64,000 bases of DNA from the human T2T-CHM13v2.0 reference genome, Homo sapiens. Each line of letters starts with the position of its first letter. The first letter of the stretch is position 1. The DNA is taken from the NCBI RefSeq assembly GCF_009914755.1, contig NC_060926.1. The stretch is one strand, 5' to 3'. Positions 11,086 through 25,177 of this stretch are shown here, piece by piece. The notes beneath the pieces were generated by a model. It saw only the letters and a program-made list of their open reading frames with translations, made no database searches and was not told where the DNA came from. Made by a program: the position numbers and the translations under genes.

Positions 11086-13034
11086 AGTTATTGTCAGAGG
11101 GGTGTTAAAGAATAGCAAACTTAAATGTTCTTTGTGATGTAATCAGAGGGATTGAAAGAGAACTGAAAGGGGAATGGCATTCTACCATGTCATTTAATGT
11201 TATTTAATTCTGTCTCCATTCATTGCTTTAACTCATCTTGGCACCACCAATGTCAGTGAGCCCCTCCTCAATGTATTCACCCTCTTCTGTGATGCTTCAT
11301 ATCTCTTTCCTTTGGGATTTCAAGAAGAATTTGGTTGATATGTTCTTCTATCATTTTGAGGGTTACCTTCTGTCTTTTCCTAATGCTAAAAATACAAAGA
11401 AGAAAGGTAGAAAAGCAAAAGTAGCATTGTAATGAACAAAATTAGTGTTTTCAAGGCAAACAGCCAAGTATTACATAAGCCAACTCACAGGGCATTTTTA
11501 CAAAAATTCTGGAGAAATGGCTATGCTGGTTTCCAGATTTAGAAACCTCTCTGGCTCACTTGAAAGGACTACTTGGGAGGAGGGATCCTATCACTAGACA
11601 CCTTCCTTCATGGGTCAAACTTTTGATTCAAGTGTGCATGGGTGAGATACTAAGATGAAATAATTTGAGTGTCAAAATCTATGTTTATTATGGAAAATTT
11701 TAAGGTTATATTGTTTCTCAGGAATAACCCAAACAGACACTGATGACTAGCATTAGTGACGTTATGGCCAGATTATGTGAAAATTGACAAGCAAATATGG
11801 TGTAGTTTTCCCCTCTTTTAGGAAAAGCACAAAGAAGGATCCATTTTGTGAAAAATGCACAAACTCTTAAGGTTAAATTTAGAACCAAGGGTCATTTTTA
11901 AATGAAGTTTGATGGTATGATTTTTTTGACTGGTATATTGCTTTATATCTGCATCTAGTCATTATATGCATATATTTCAACCAAAGGTATACAGTTTTAG
12001 AAACTTCCTTTCATCAAGTTTCAATTTTTCCTTTTGCATTTATTGCTCAATACATGATTAGTCATGAGTAAGCATCCAGAATGATATATGTATTAGCTCT
12101 TCACTTTGGACAAGAAATTTCTTCCAATTTATATAATCACTCAACATGACTTAATTGTCATGGTTAAATCTCCTTGACTCTGTACTCAGTGGCATTAAGC
12201 AAGCAAATGTTGCTTATTTTTCACTAAGTACTAACTATGAAGAGCTGTTAGGAGCCTCTAGGAAGTTAACTTACATGAAAATTCTCTCTTGACCCCATTA
12301 TATTTTTAAAGAAGTATAGATACTAGCCAATGCTGGGACTATGTCTTAGATAAATATTCAAGATGCTCTGAGTGGAATCTGTGCTAACATTATTACCACT
12401 GGTATAGTTTTTGCTCTGAAGATTTATGAAATGGATTATTATTTTGAAAGTGTTAAGCACTGTTAGGGGACTCTCTTTTTTTTGACTTGGACTGGATCCC
12501 ACAATTCTAAAAGTATTTATGAAAACAATATGATGAAATGTTAATGATGGAAGTGTATCCTTGAACTTTGATTTTAAAAAGGTGTTAAATCACTGATGAG
12601 TCCTTGTCTTCACCTTTGCTTAGTTCCAAGATTAAACTCAGTCATAAACATGATATTTATAAAGAGTTTCTCATAACTTAGATATTACAATAGTAAATGA
12701 AGCAACAGAATCGATTCACAATTATGTATACAACTCAGTACAACAATTCAAAAATAAATATGCCTAGAAAAATACCTGGAAAAATATACCACCATGTCAA
12801 TAGTCATTGCCTTCTGTTTGGATTATATTGTTTCCCCTTTGGTAATCTTTTTCTTTACACTTTTCTTTAATTTTTTCAACTTTTCTATAATGAAAACATT
12901 TTAGCATTGGCATGTGTCACTTAACTAAATGAGATTCTGTGATTGCTAATGTATATGCTTCAGTGAATTGTTAGTTTTTAAATTATGTTAATGAATAAAC
13001 AGTTTCCAGGCCAGTCATTTTCTAGCCTCATTAA

Positions 13035-13158
13035 TGCCATAGTGACATTTGTTATACTGTACTGAACGATTTTATATAAGAGACTTGAGCATTCTTGAAT
13101 TTGGTATCCTTCTGGGGTCCTGGAACCAATCCCCCATGGATATGGAGGGCCGACTGTA
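13035..13158. mobile_element. MER2/Tigger2-like terminal fragment
   Basis: gacttgagcattcttgaatttggtatcc...ggtcctggaaccaatcccccatggatatggagggccgactgta. Confidence 0.8.
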
Positions 13159-13329
13159 AACGCCTTCTCCTGATTTGGGTTTTATACATTTGTATCAGCA
13201 GTCTTATAAACACCCTAGAAGGAAGCTCCACCTTCCAGAAGATGAGGCAGCATGCTCCTTAACTGTTGAATGAAGATTCTTTCCTGTTTCCACTCTTTGT
13301 TTGGTGGGCAGGAAGGCTCCTGCTCTTCA

Positions 13330-13400
13330 GTTGGAAGTGGCTGCAGCTGTTATTAGCAGATAAGCAGGAGTGGCCTGGCCATTTCTGTGACTCACAGTGA
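13330..13400. promoter_or_regulatory. Candidate haematopoietic enhancer motif cluster (ETS, E-box-N8-GATA, AP-1)
   Basis: ggaagt 13333-38, CAGCTG 13344-49, AGATAA 13358-63, TGACTCA 13388-94. Confidence 0.4.
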
Positions 13401-15519
13401 CTTAGTGGGATTCATATCAAGAATTCCTTCCTTTTCTCTTGACAGTTTTCAGGTACTTCAGAAGGTTAGGTAGAAGGGATATGAGTGATTAAGATATATT
13501 TTATAGGAATAATTGAAAGCTGGGCATTTGATGTGTTTTGATTTTAGAACAGAGTACTGGACAGCTTCACATTTGGATTCTGGGCAGGTATGAATTCTAA
13601 TGAGAGAGTTAAAAATAGTGCTAGGTAACTAGTAAAGTAAGTGACACAGAGACTTTCCTTTAGTTCTTCGTCCATCTTTGTTTCTCATTCGTTGACTTGC
13701 ATTGCCTCATCCTTTATCTACTCTATCAGTGTGAGGTTATAGAATAATAGAGAGAAAAAGAAAACAAAAATAACATACTTAATTTCAATTTATTTATTGA
13801 ATCAAACATTACCTAAAGTTGTTCTTTTGACATTTTTTCTACTGTGATACACAGATGTCTCACTGAGTATCAAATAGTGAGAGGGAAAAAGATTCCCATG
13901 GGGTGAATCTGCATGGAAGAGTGTGCATTAATCTGTGCAAATGCCTACTAATCTTGGAACTTCTGAAGTAAAGAAAAATCCATTACTACTGCTCTATATA
14001 AATATTAACAACCTAAAAGTAACTTAAGTGATCTGCAATGGAATATGTGCCATTTAGATCTTTTAACTACTTCACACTTTCATAAGACTTACCACATATC
14101 CCAACCTCCCACTTTAAATAGACGTTTTTGAAAATATCAGTCAAGGAGAATCTTTAATTACTACATTGCTTCAGGGAAACATACAATTTTGGTAATAAGA
14201 AACACTACTTCAACAGATCTGTTCTTCACAAAATAGAGTACATGCAAATGATATGACTGAACTCAAATTCAGATGTTTGGCAGTTGAGCTATTTGGTGAA
14301 ATGTCTTGAGGGAAAGATCTTTGGGTTCTTTTATACTTGATGACTTTAAATCTGTGAAAACTAGGGGGCTAAAATAAAATGAAATAACTGGGTCTTTTGT
14401 TTTTCTTCTTAATAGTTTATTGTGTAAAGAGGCCTCGTTTTCCTACTATACCTTATTCTTTGATGCTTTTCATTTCCTTGTATGTTTTGGAAAAATAATG
14501 TATGTTCATAGAACTCTAGGCACCATACAGCGACAATTGGTCAGGCCTTCTGAGCTGCAACACACTGCAGATGTGAGGAAGAATTGTAATCAGTAGGTCA
14601 TCTGCCTGCATAATTTTCAGGGAGCCATCTTGCTCCTACCAGGACACATATGGAGGGGCATGTTTGCAATTTTATTAATAACATTTTTAACTCACAAAAG
14701 TTCCCACATAAGGAGGCCAGCACTGTCAAAGTTCTTTTTTCTATCTGGGAAGGGCTTATTTGGTTTATTGTGCCTTCTATGATCTTGTTTTCTATAAAGA
14801 TAGGCTGCTGAAAGTGGTAGACAGTTACTCTTTACTCTATGCCCTATTCTACATCAGTGCTGAATGAGCAGGGGCTGTGGACAGAAGGTCATGAGGGAGG
14901 GGTCAGTTGGAGGGTGGCAGGGCAGGTAAGTGAAGGGTTTGGGCTAAGTCACATTATATGCTCACCCTCTTAAGTTTCGTGTGGTAAATTCCAGCTGGAA
15001 TAAAAATAAGAGCCACCTTGATTGGGAAAAGAAACTGGGAGGTGTCTCGGAAGGGAAGATAGAGCCTAAGAAGCAGTATCTATTGCTAGCAAGAAAGCCT
15101 GGGCTCCCTTTGCCCCCATAAAAGTGTTTAGATCTGGTCGGTGAAAGTCAGACTTAAACTTTCCTCACCCACCTCAGAGCAGCATTCTGGAATAGTTGCT
15201 ATCATTTATAGTGCTCTGAGGATATTTCAGGTTTTGTTTTTTTCTTTAAAGGATAAAGTCATTGATAGAACTATAATTACAAGGAGGCTCAGCTGTTGCT
15301 GTAGGTGGTAACAACTTATAAGGCAGTCTACACCGGCTGATCTTCAATTAAATTATTCATTTCTGCATGCAAATTCCACCCATTCTTTTCCTTTTTATGG
15401 CAGAAGCTACCAGTACCTTTATACAAATGATCTTGGTGGGGTTCCTGTCTTCCTGTTTGGAGATGGCCTTATTGAGTATGATTCAAGAAATAAACAGACA
15501 GACCTCTTGCCTTCCTCAT

Positions 15520-15608
15520 ACCAACCTACAACCATCCAACCAACCAACCAACCAACCACCCACCCCACCCACCCACCCACCCAACCATCCAATCACCCAA
15601 CCAACCAA
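15520..15608. repeat. (CCAA/CCCA)n degenerate tetranucleotide repeat
   Basis: Directly visible. Confidence 0.9.
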
Positions 15609-16239
15609 TGATCTAACCTTTTCATAGGACAGAGGCCTTTATTCCCAGTTTTAAATTCAGTGGGAAGCATAAAGGACTATGATAAAATTATTTCTTGAAT
15701 GTCTTATTACTACACAGGTCAGTTGAACATGAAAGGGGAAGTGGAGAGGTTTAAATTGTTAAGGTTAAAATTGTCAAAATTGGAGGGCTGTGGTCATTTT
15801 ACATAATTTACATATGTATATTCAATTTTGTTTAAGGCTAGATTGTAAAATATCCTGCATAGAGCAGAACTGGACTATTTTAAAGGAAATTCTTTTGAAT
15901 GGGTAATGAGCAAGACATGATGTGACCAAAGGACCTGAAAAACTGCCAATTTCTCAGTTTTAGGCTTCTGTGATCTTCCCCATACTTTCTCTGTTGGGTC
16001 ATTGCTACTCATATTGATTGCACGGTCCTCTGATACTCACTCATTCCACAGTTACCATCTGATGAGATGTGGCTAGTTTCAGTGCTCTGATTCTGTTGAA
16101 TGAGATTATGCAGTGAACTTGGGTATTTTCTTCAGCTTGTGATGGTTTAGGAATTGCTGTCTAGGACCTCTTTTTATACTGCACTGAACACAGTTATTTC
16201 CCATTTTGAGGTACTTACACTTTTTTGACAACTATTTTT

Positions 16240-16518
16240 TAAAAATTTAATTTAATTTTAAGTTCTGGGACACGTGCAGGACGTGGAGGTTTGTTACATA
16301 AGTAAACATGTGCCATGGTGGTATGCTGTACCTGTCACCCACCACCTAGATTTTAAGTCCTGCATGCATTGACTATTTCTCCAGATGCTCTCCGTCCCCC
16401 TACCCCCCAAACCCAGCAGGCCCCAGTGTGTGCTGTTCCCCTCCCTGTGTCCATGTGTTTTCATTGTTCAGCTTCCGCTTATAAGTGAGAACATGCAGTG
16501 TCTGGTTTTCTGTTCCTG
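16240..16518 (-). mobile_element. L1PA 3' end fragment
   Basis: ttttaagttctgggacacgtgcagg...ataagtgagaacatgcagtgtctggttttctgttcctg. Confidence 0.9.
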
Positions 16519-17115
16519 CTAACTCACTATTTTGCATGTGTATAGAAAGGCGTTTTTAACTTACTTCAACTCAAGATCAATTTCTTAGTCACCTACTATG
16601 CACAAGACACTATTCCAGGTATTGCAGGAATTAAAAGGTAAGTGAGACATGGGCTGTGGCAGTAAATTGGTATTAAAGCAGGATTGGGAGATGGCATTCA
16701 GAATGGTGAAGAAATAGGAGAGCATGTTAGGTACTTCACTGTGAGTGTTAAAAGGAAAAAGAGATCACCTGAAACTGGGAGGCATCCTGATTTGCTTAGG
16801 TCTGCTGGTTTTGTTTTGGTGAGGTTTAGGGCCAATCAACAAAAACAATAAGTTAGAATTTCATAAAGGAAATAGTTTAAAGTATCTACTCCTAGAAACA
16901 AAGTATGTGTGAGAGGAGCAGTTATTGGCTGTCTGCTTTTTAAAATGCTTGCCCTTGACTTAAAGGTATGAAAAGAGAATTTTAAAAAATTTCAGTGAGT
17001 GTGGTGGGCACTATATCCTAGTTGATTCTTAATTATTCAGGAGCTAAATATCAAGTTGGAGAATTATCTAAGTTGTTCTCTTTTTCTCTTTCTTTTATTC
17101 CTGACTCCCATCTGA

Positions 17116-17358
<243 letters not shown>

Positions 17359-18529
17359 TGTGTTGTTTCTATATACTAATTGCCTCAGAGCTGGTAGAAA
17401 GGAAATAACAAGATTAATAGATTAATTGCAAATCTTTAGCTATATTAGTTAAGGAAAAGGCTGTGATATTTGGGCAAAATGAGGGTAATTGGTGAATTGA
17501 CTATTTGTTCTGGTTCATTATCATCGTGGATAATTGAGAGCTAATGGAAGTCATTGGAACTGGGCCTGCAGGGTGATTTAAGATCAGAATGTTTCTTAAG
17601 GGTGGGAAGAAGGTTCTTGATGTGATACAGTACAGAGCTCTTTCTTATTCTATATTAAATGCTCATAATGGTAGACTGGATAATTGTCTATATAATAATT
17701 GTCTATATATATATAATGGCCTCTATAATAATTTTGTAAAGTCTTACTTTCTTCCTTTCTATATATTTTTTGGGTACAGTATTTAAATTACTGAGCTTAA
17801 AATAAACTTCCTGAAAGAGTAATCTGGGTTAAAAATGGTTATAGCTGCAGAAATACATACTGTGAATTGCTCCCGGAAATCTGTACGGCAAATGTAAGAG
17901 CATTTTGGCTCAACACACTTAACTCTAATGCATCTCATCCAATTAGAGTTTATGGCAACTGTCATTCAATATTAGCAGCTATACTTAAAATATGAGTGTT
18001 TTAAAATGATTGTGTTTATGGTTTCTTTCTTATCTCAGTAAAAACAGTTTGGTTTGCCAGCAAGTTTTTTTGTTTGTTTTTTGTTAGGTACCTTCTAGGT
18101 TGTAAATGGACAGGAAGCTGTCTATCAAGAGATTTCTTTCTTCAGCTCTTTTAAAAGTAGTGTGAGCTGGGGATGATATATAATATGATAAAATACCTAA
18201 TGGATCCCTGAATCCACTTTCATTGAGTTCATGGAAGTTTGTAAATGTGCAGCTGTAGTGGCAGAGTGTTTATCAGTGCTGAGAATATCACTGTTCTTGC
18301 TTTTGACTTTGTGAAGTCGGCATATTCACATCCACAACGCCTTTCTTGTAACCATAGCAACCAAGACAGAAGGTTTCTTTTTTTCTCTCTCATATTCAAA
18401 AGCACTATTAAGATGATAGATTTTATTTGAATGAGGTATTTGCAGATAAGAGAGGCATAAACTTAAATTCTGACCTCTGGATAAGTTTTTTTTTCTTCGT
18501 TAGGAAAGAAAAATATTTTATAGTTGACA

Positions 18530-21440
18530 AAAACATTTTATAGGTGACAAAAATTGTATATATTTATGGTATACCAAGTAATGTTTTCATATATGTATAT
18601 GTTGTGAAATGATTAAATCAAGCAAATTAACATATCAGTCACCTCACATACGTATCATTCTTTGTGAGAACATTTAATATCACTTTTACTTCTGTACAGC
18701 AAAAGAAACTATCAACAGAGTAAACAGACAACCTATAGAATAGGAGAAAATATCTGCAAATTCTGCATCTGACAAGGGTTTAATATTCAGAATCTAAATG
18801 AACTTAAATTAACAAGCAAGAAACAAACAACTCCATTAGAAAGTGGGCAAAGGACATGAACAGACACTTTTTCAAAAGACGACATACACTCGGCCAACTA
18901 GCATATGAAAAAATGCTCAACATCACTCGTCATTTGAGAAATGCAAATCAAAACCACAACGAGATACCATCTTACACCAGACAGAATGGCTGTTATGAAA
19001 AAGTAAAGAAATAACAGGTCCTGGTGAGTTTGCAGAGAAAAGAGAACACTTATACACTGCTGGGGTGGGAATGTAAATTAGTTCAGCCACTGTGAAAAGC
19101 AGTGTGGCAATTTCTCAAAGAATTTAAAACAGAATTACCATTCTGTATACACCCAAAGGAATATAATTAATTCTGCCCTAAAGACTCATGTATGCTTATG
19201 ACAACAATATTCACAATAGCAAAGACATGGAATCAACCTAAATGCCCATCAGTGGTAGACTGGATAAAGAAAATGTGGTGCATAGACACCATAGGATGCT
19301 ATTAATATGTAACCATAAAAAGAACAAGATCTTGTTCTTTGCAGCAACATAGATGGAGCCAGAGGCCATAATCCTAAGTGAACTAATGCAGGAACATAAA
19401 ACCAAATACTGCATATTCTCACTTATAAGTGGGAACTGAACATTGAGAACACATGGACACAAAGGGGAACAACAGACACGGGAACCTATTTGAGGGTAGA
19501 GGGTGGGAGAAGGGAGAGGATCGAAAAACTACCTATCGGGTACTATGCTTATTACCGGGGTGACAAAATAATCTGTACACCCAACCCCTGTGACACGCAA
19601 TTTACCTATACAACAAACCTGCATGTGTACCCCTTGAACGTAAAAGTTAAAAGAGAATCTCTCTTAGTGAATTTCAGCTATACCATATGTTATTACAGAC
19701 CATAGTCACCATGCTATACAATAGATCTCCCAAACTTATTTATTCTATCTGACACTTTGCACCCCTTGACCAACATCTCCCACCTACGCCAGTTCCCAGT
19801 GTCTGGCAGCTGTCATTCTACTATCTACTTCTAAAGTTCAGCTTTTTTAGATTCCACATATAAGTGAGATCATGCAGTATTTGTTCTTCTGTTCCTAGCT
19901 TATTTCACTTAGCATAATTCCTCCAGGTTCATTCATGTTGTCACAAATGACAGGATCCCTTTTTTCCAGCTGAGTAGTATTCTATTGTGTGTATGTATAC
20001 ATATATTAAACACCCCCCCCCTCACATTTTCTTTATCCATTCATGCATTGATGGACACTTAGGTTGATACCGCATCTTAGCTATCATGAATAGTGCTGCA
20101 GTGCATGGAGTGCAGATATCTCTTCAGCATATTGATTTCATTTCCTTTAGATGTACACCAACAAGTGGTATTGCTGGATTATATGATAATTCTATTTTTA
20201 ATTTTTTGATAAACCTCCATTGTTTTCCATAGTGGCTATATTAATTTATATTTCCACCAACAATGTACAAGCCTTTCCTTTTTTCCGCATATCTTTCCAG
20301 CACTTATCTGTTGACAATAACTATTCTAATGGGCATGAGGTAATATCTTATTTTGGTTTAATTTGGATTTTCTTGATGATTAGTGATGTTGAACATGTTT
20401 TCATATACCCGTTGGCCATTTGTATGTCTTTTGAGAAATGTCTGTTCAAGTCTTTTCCCTGTTTTAAAATTGAGTTATTTGTTTTCTTGCTATTGAGTTG
20501 CCTAAGTTTCTTATATATTTTGAATATTAACTTCTTATCAGATGTACAGTCTGCAGATATTTTCTACCATTCTGTGAGTTGTCTCTTCACTCTGTTGATT
20601 GTTTCCTTTGCTGTGCCAGAACTTTTTAGTTTTATGTAATTCCGTTTGTCTATTTTTGCTTTTGTTGCTTGTGCTTTTAAGGTGCTTAAGGTTTTTTGCT
20701 TGTGCTTTTAAAGTCATATACAAAAAAATCATTGCCTAGACCAATGTCACGTAGCTTTCCCCCTGTGTTTTCTGCTAGTAGTTTTATAGTTTCAGGTCCT
20801 ATATTTAAGTCTTCAATCTGCTTTGAGTTGCTTTTTGAATTTGGTGTGAGATAAAGGTCCATTTTCTTTCTTCTGCGTATGGATACCCAGTTTTCCCAGA
20901 ACTATTTATTGAAGAGACTGTCCTTTCTTCATTGTGTGTTCTTAGCACACTTGCCAAAGATCAATTGACCATAAATGCATAAATTTATTTCTGGGATGTC
21001 TATTCTGTTCTGTTGATTTATGTATGCTACTTTATGCCAGTAGCACACTGTCTCAACTACTGTTGCTTTTAGGATGTTTTGAAATCAAGAAGTGGGCTTC
21101 CAGCTTTGTTCTTTTTCAAGATTGTTTTTGCTATTTGGGGTCCTGTAATATCCTTTATGAATTTTAGAACTGCTTTTTCTGTGTCTGTGAGAAATGTCAT
21201 TGAAATTTTGGTGGGGATTGCATTGAATCTGTACACCATTTGCATAGGATGGACATTTTAACAATGTTATTTTTTCCAATCTATGCGCATGGATAATCTT
21301 TCCATTTATTTATGTCTTCTTCAATTTCTCTCATTAATCTTTTGTAGTTTTCATTGTACAGATCTTTCACCTCCTTGGGTAAAATTATTCCTAAGTATTT
21401 TGTTTCTTTGAAGCTATTGTAAATGGGCTGGATAAATTTT
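18530..21440 (-). mobile_element. L1MA-type element (3'UTR plus ORF2 part), interrupted at ~18690-19655
   Basis: gattaaatcaagcaaattaacatatc...; resumes with catagtcaccatgctatacaatagatctc; decayed ORF2 peptides such as [20 protein letters not shown]. Confidence 0.88.
18690..19655 (+). mobile_element. L1PA13-16-like 3' fragment nested in L1MA
   Basis: cagcaaaagaaactatcaacagagtaaacagacaacc...aaactacctatcgggtactatgc...aacaaacctgcatgtgtacccc. Confidence 0.9.
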
Positions 21441-21929
21441 GTTAAGCCTCTTTGTCTCATCTCCCTCACCAGCTACTTCTGTTGATTTGGGTCACCAAGC
21501 ACACTATAATGTTTTCTGCCATATCATCCTTGAAATGTTGCAGAGATTGTTTGGACAAAGACATTTTAAAAATAAACCTTAGACATAGAATTTTGAAAAC
21601 AAACATAAACTATACACAGCTACAATGAAAGATTAAATATAAATCAGTCAGGTGCTTTACAAAAGGATTAAAAGAACTTACGGTCCATTAGTGCCAAAGA
21701 GAAGGCTATAAAATAAAACCAAGAGAAGGATCAAGGATTTTTTTTCCATGTACAGGAATGAATGAAGGACTTGGGGTCCCATAATGTTTCCTAAATATTT
21801 AAGGTGGTATTAGTGTGGCTGTGCTCACTTTGTGCATTGTACTTGGGACCTGTTGGGCAACAACCCAAGTCTGGAGATGAATAGAGAAGTTACTCCCACG
21901 TCACTGGCACAGACCTTCAACTCTGACAT

Positions 21930-22280
21930 GATCACATCTATGTCTCACAGATATCTTACATTTTACAAGTTTAAATTTCTTAATCTTCCCCTAGAATTAT
22001 AGTTCTTTTCCAGTCTTCATGAGTCAATAATTCTTCTATCTTCTTAGGACCTTGGGAGCCATCTTTGACATGTTCTTTTACATTCAGTGCATCATCAGTT
22101 TATGTTCATTGTACTTCCAAAGTGTATGTTTACCAACTTCCACATCCACCTCCATTGTCATACTGTAGTATTCCAAGCCACTGACTCTTGCATTTGAACT
22201 TCTATAGTAACCTCCTCATTGCTCTTGTATCTTCCATAAGAGTTTCTTCCAAAATTCCAGAATAGTTTCCTCAAACTTGT
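21930..22280 (+). mobile_element. L2 fragment
   Basis: ccttgggagccatctttgac, ccaagccactgactcttgc...tagtaacctcctc. Confidence 0.6.
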
Positions 22281-23147
22281 CTCCACAGAAGCGAATATGT
22301 AGAATATGGTACAAGCTTTGCTGCTGTGATGTAGTATTCTCTAAATAGAGTGTTTCAGACAAGATAGACATTTAATTATCCCTCAAATAATATCCAAGCT
22401 AGGCAAGGGGTCTTTAGCTTTTTTGGGTTGTCCTACCATCCTCAAAACACGGTTTTTATCTTGGGCCCAAATCTCCACTTGTTGCCATCTCCTACCAGCA
22501 GTTGGTGGGGAAAGGGCCAGGGGAACACATACCTAGTCCTTTCAAGGGGAATACCTGGAAGCTTGGAGAGTTTATATAACTTCCTGAAGGTCACACAGCT
22601 GTTTAGTGGCAGGGCTGATTGGATCTGAGGTTTGTGTGATTCAGAAGCCACTAGATCTCTTTTATGGGGAAAGAAAGATAATGCATAGCTGTTGCATTCC
22701 AAGTTGACACTGAAGCTATTAAAACCCATATTTTGAAATAATTGTGCAAAGTTTCATTAATCTCAAGTGGAGACAAGAAAATGGCAATATTAAGAGTGGA
22801 AAGATAAATAGAAATAAGAACATTTGAGTTTGTGAACACAAATGGTTGGAATGATCCTGTTTGTAAGTTGTGAATTATAGGGAACAGATATTAAATATTT
22901 CATAAGAAAATAACATACCTTCCATTAATGGGGGTGGTGGTGAGAAGGAGGATCAATGGCACTATCTCCAGTGGGAGTTCTTAACTGGGATGAAGCAATG
23001 TTCTCAATAAAATACTTAATTTTCTATTTATTTTCTTGATTACATCCATTTAATAGTTTTAGTAGAGAGATGTCGGTAAGTATAAGCAACTGCTGCTTTC
23101 CTAACATCAAGTAGAGGACAGGTGAAATCAGATTTTAGGATACCTAC

Positions 23148-23930
23148 AGCAGTGTCTCTTAACCCTGAATGCACATTAGAATGACCTGGGAGCATTTAAA
23201 AAGCCCAGATCCAGGGTTGCCTCCGCAATTACAAAATCAGAATTCTGGGAATGGGACCTGTATTTGTTTTCCATGGCTGCCATAACAAAGTACCACAGTC
23301 TGGGTGACTTAAACGACAGAAGTTGATTTTTTTCATAGTTTTGGAGGGTAGAAGTCCAGGATTTAGGTGTTGGCAGGTTTGGTTTCTTCTGAGGCTTCTC
23401 TTCTCTGCCATCTTCTCCTCCTGGTTTCTTCATGTGGTCTTCCCTCTGTACCCATCCGTATCCTGTTCTCCTTCCTTTATAAGAACAACAGTCTTATTAG
23501 AGTAGGGCCACCCTAATGACCTCTTTTTACCTTTTTACATAACCCATCTCCAAATACAGTCACATGTTGAGGTACTGGGGATTGGGACTTCAACAGACTT
23601 TTTTTTTTTTTTTTTTTTTTGGCAGAGGAGGGGACACACAATTCAACTTATAACAGGATTAAAGCATCAGTGTTTTTAATCGGCCACTGTCTTCCCCCAA
23701 GTGATTCTAATATGCAGCCAAATTTGAGAGTCAATGCCCTAGGTGGGATTCTCAAACCTGGCTGCGTTAGAATCACCTGGGTAACTTAAACAACCCCCAA
23801 AAACAGCACATACCAATACTTAGGCATCAGCCTCAGAGATGTGATTTGATCCGTGTGGGGTGGGATGTTGTTAGTTTACAGAGTCTCCCAGGTGATTTTA
23901 ATGTGTAACCAGGTTTGAGTATCACTGCAC
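23148..23930. mobile_element. Two MER5-type hAT elements, the first split by an MLT1 LTR
   Basis: gcacattagaatgacctgggagc...aatcagaattctggga; ttctcaaacctggctgcgttagaatcacctggg. Confidence 0.75.
23259..23655 (-). mobile_element. MLT1A/B-like solo LTR
   Basis: tgtatttgttttccatggctgccataacaaagtaccacag...caattcaacttataaca; degenerate 5-bp TSD ggacc/ggatt. Confidence 0.85.
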
Positions 23931-25177
23931 TAATATGTGTTTCTTAACTGTATAAATGGAAGCATATTTCTTACCTTTCTCCAAATTGTTTTTTTTGAAA
24001 ATTTTTAATAAATGCAAGTTATTTTAATGAAAGATATATATTTAATGATGTAGTATTCAGGTCTAAAAAATGAACAAAATACTTTTAAGGTGTTATGTTT
24101 CAAATCAAATGTGGGTTTTGTGATATAATTTTCTTTGTGACTTATAGTCCTTTTTTGCTTAATGAAAATAAATCAAAAGAACTTGGGCCTATCACTCAGA
24201 AAGCAAATGAAGTGAAGAAACTGACACTTTAATGATTAAGTTGACTAAAGTGTCATAGCTTTTAGTGAGGTAATTTCTTGATTAAAGAAATGATGTTTTT
24301 CAGCTTTCAGAAGGAGGCTAGACTTTCCTTTCCAGATGATATTAAAATCTGATAACAATTCCTTGATTTATTCAGGCCAATTTCTGTGTTTTGAAGTAAA
24401 GCCACTTATCTGGCATTTTTCATTAAGGCTTGACAACAGCTGGCTGCTTCCCAGAATGCAGTGCTGTGACAGAGATTATGTTATAAAGCCATGGATCAGC
24501 TGCCTTTGTAATTTGCTTAAATTGATTATGTGTACATTTCTTCACTCTCTGGACTTAAAAGAAGCCTGCATTTGGGTGAGGAAACAGTATTATTATTTCA
24601 ATGACAAAAGACCATGTCTATTACGCCATATTACACATAGACACACTGCCTTTTCCATTGTGCTCTAATAGTATTTTTAGTTTCAATCTTTTTGGAAAGT
24701 TATTTTAAATACTATGATTTCTATTTCGGCTGAATTTTGTAGCTTTAATCAAATAATTAAAGAAGCAATATTTAAGATCAGAAAAGCATTATTTAAATGA
24801 TGAAAGTATACAGTCTTAGGAAAGTAGTTGATTTTTATTTGTCCTTTCTGTATGTTAATATCTGATACAGATACTTGCTGATATGCTTTTTAAGTTAAAA
24901 AAAAACTAATAAGTAATCATTATCTAAAGTTGCAGGGAGCCCATATCTTGCTGAAAGTTCTACAAGAATTCCAAGCACTGAGATTAAACTAGACAACTAT
25001 ACCAATAAGTTTAGATACCTTGTTTAAAAACAAATGTTGCCCTAGAAGTACACTAGCAAAGTACCCAAAGAGAGGAACCAAATTATGGGTTTTCCTTTTA
25101 TTGAACTAAGTAGTGACCTGGGAAGCAAGTGCCCCCATGCACTGAGGTAATGATTTTATCAATGAAGGGGAATACTA

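Noticed and set aside
18515-18555. ~22-bp direct repeat at the L1MA tail
   Set aside because: Trivial slippage duplication in AT-rich sequence.
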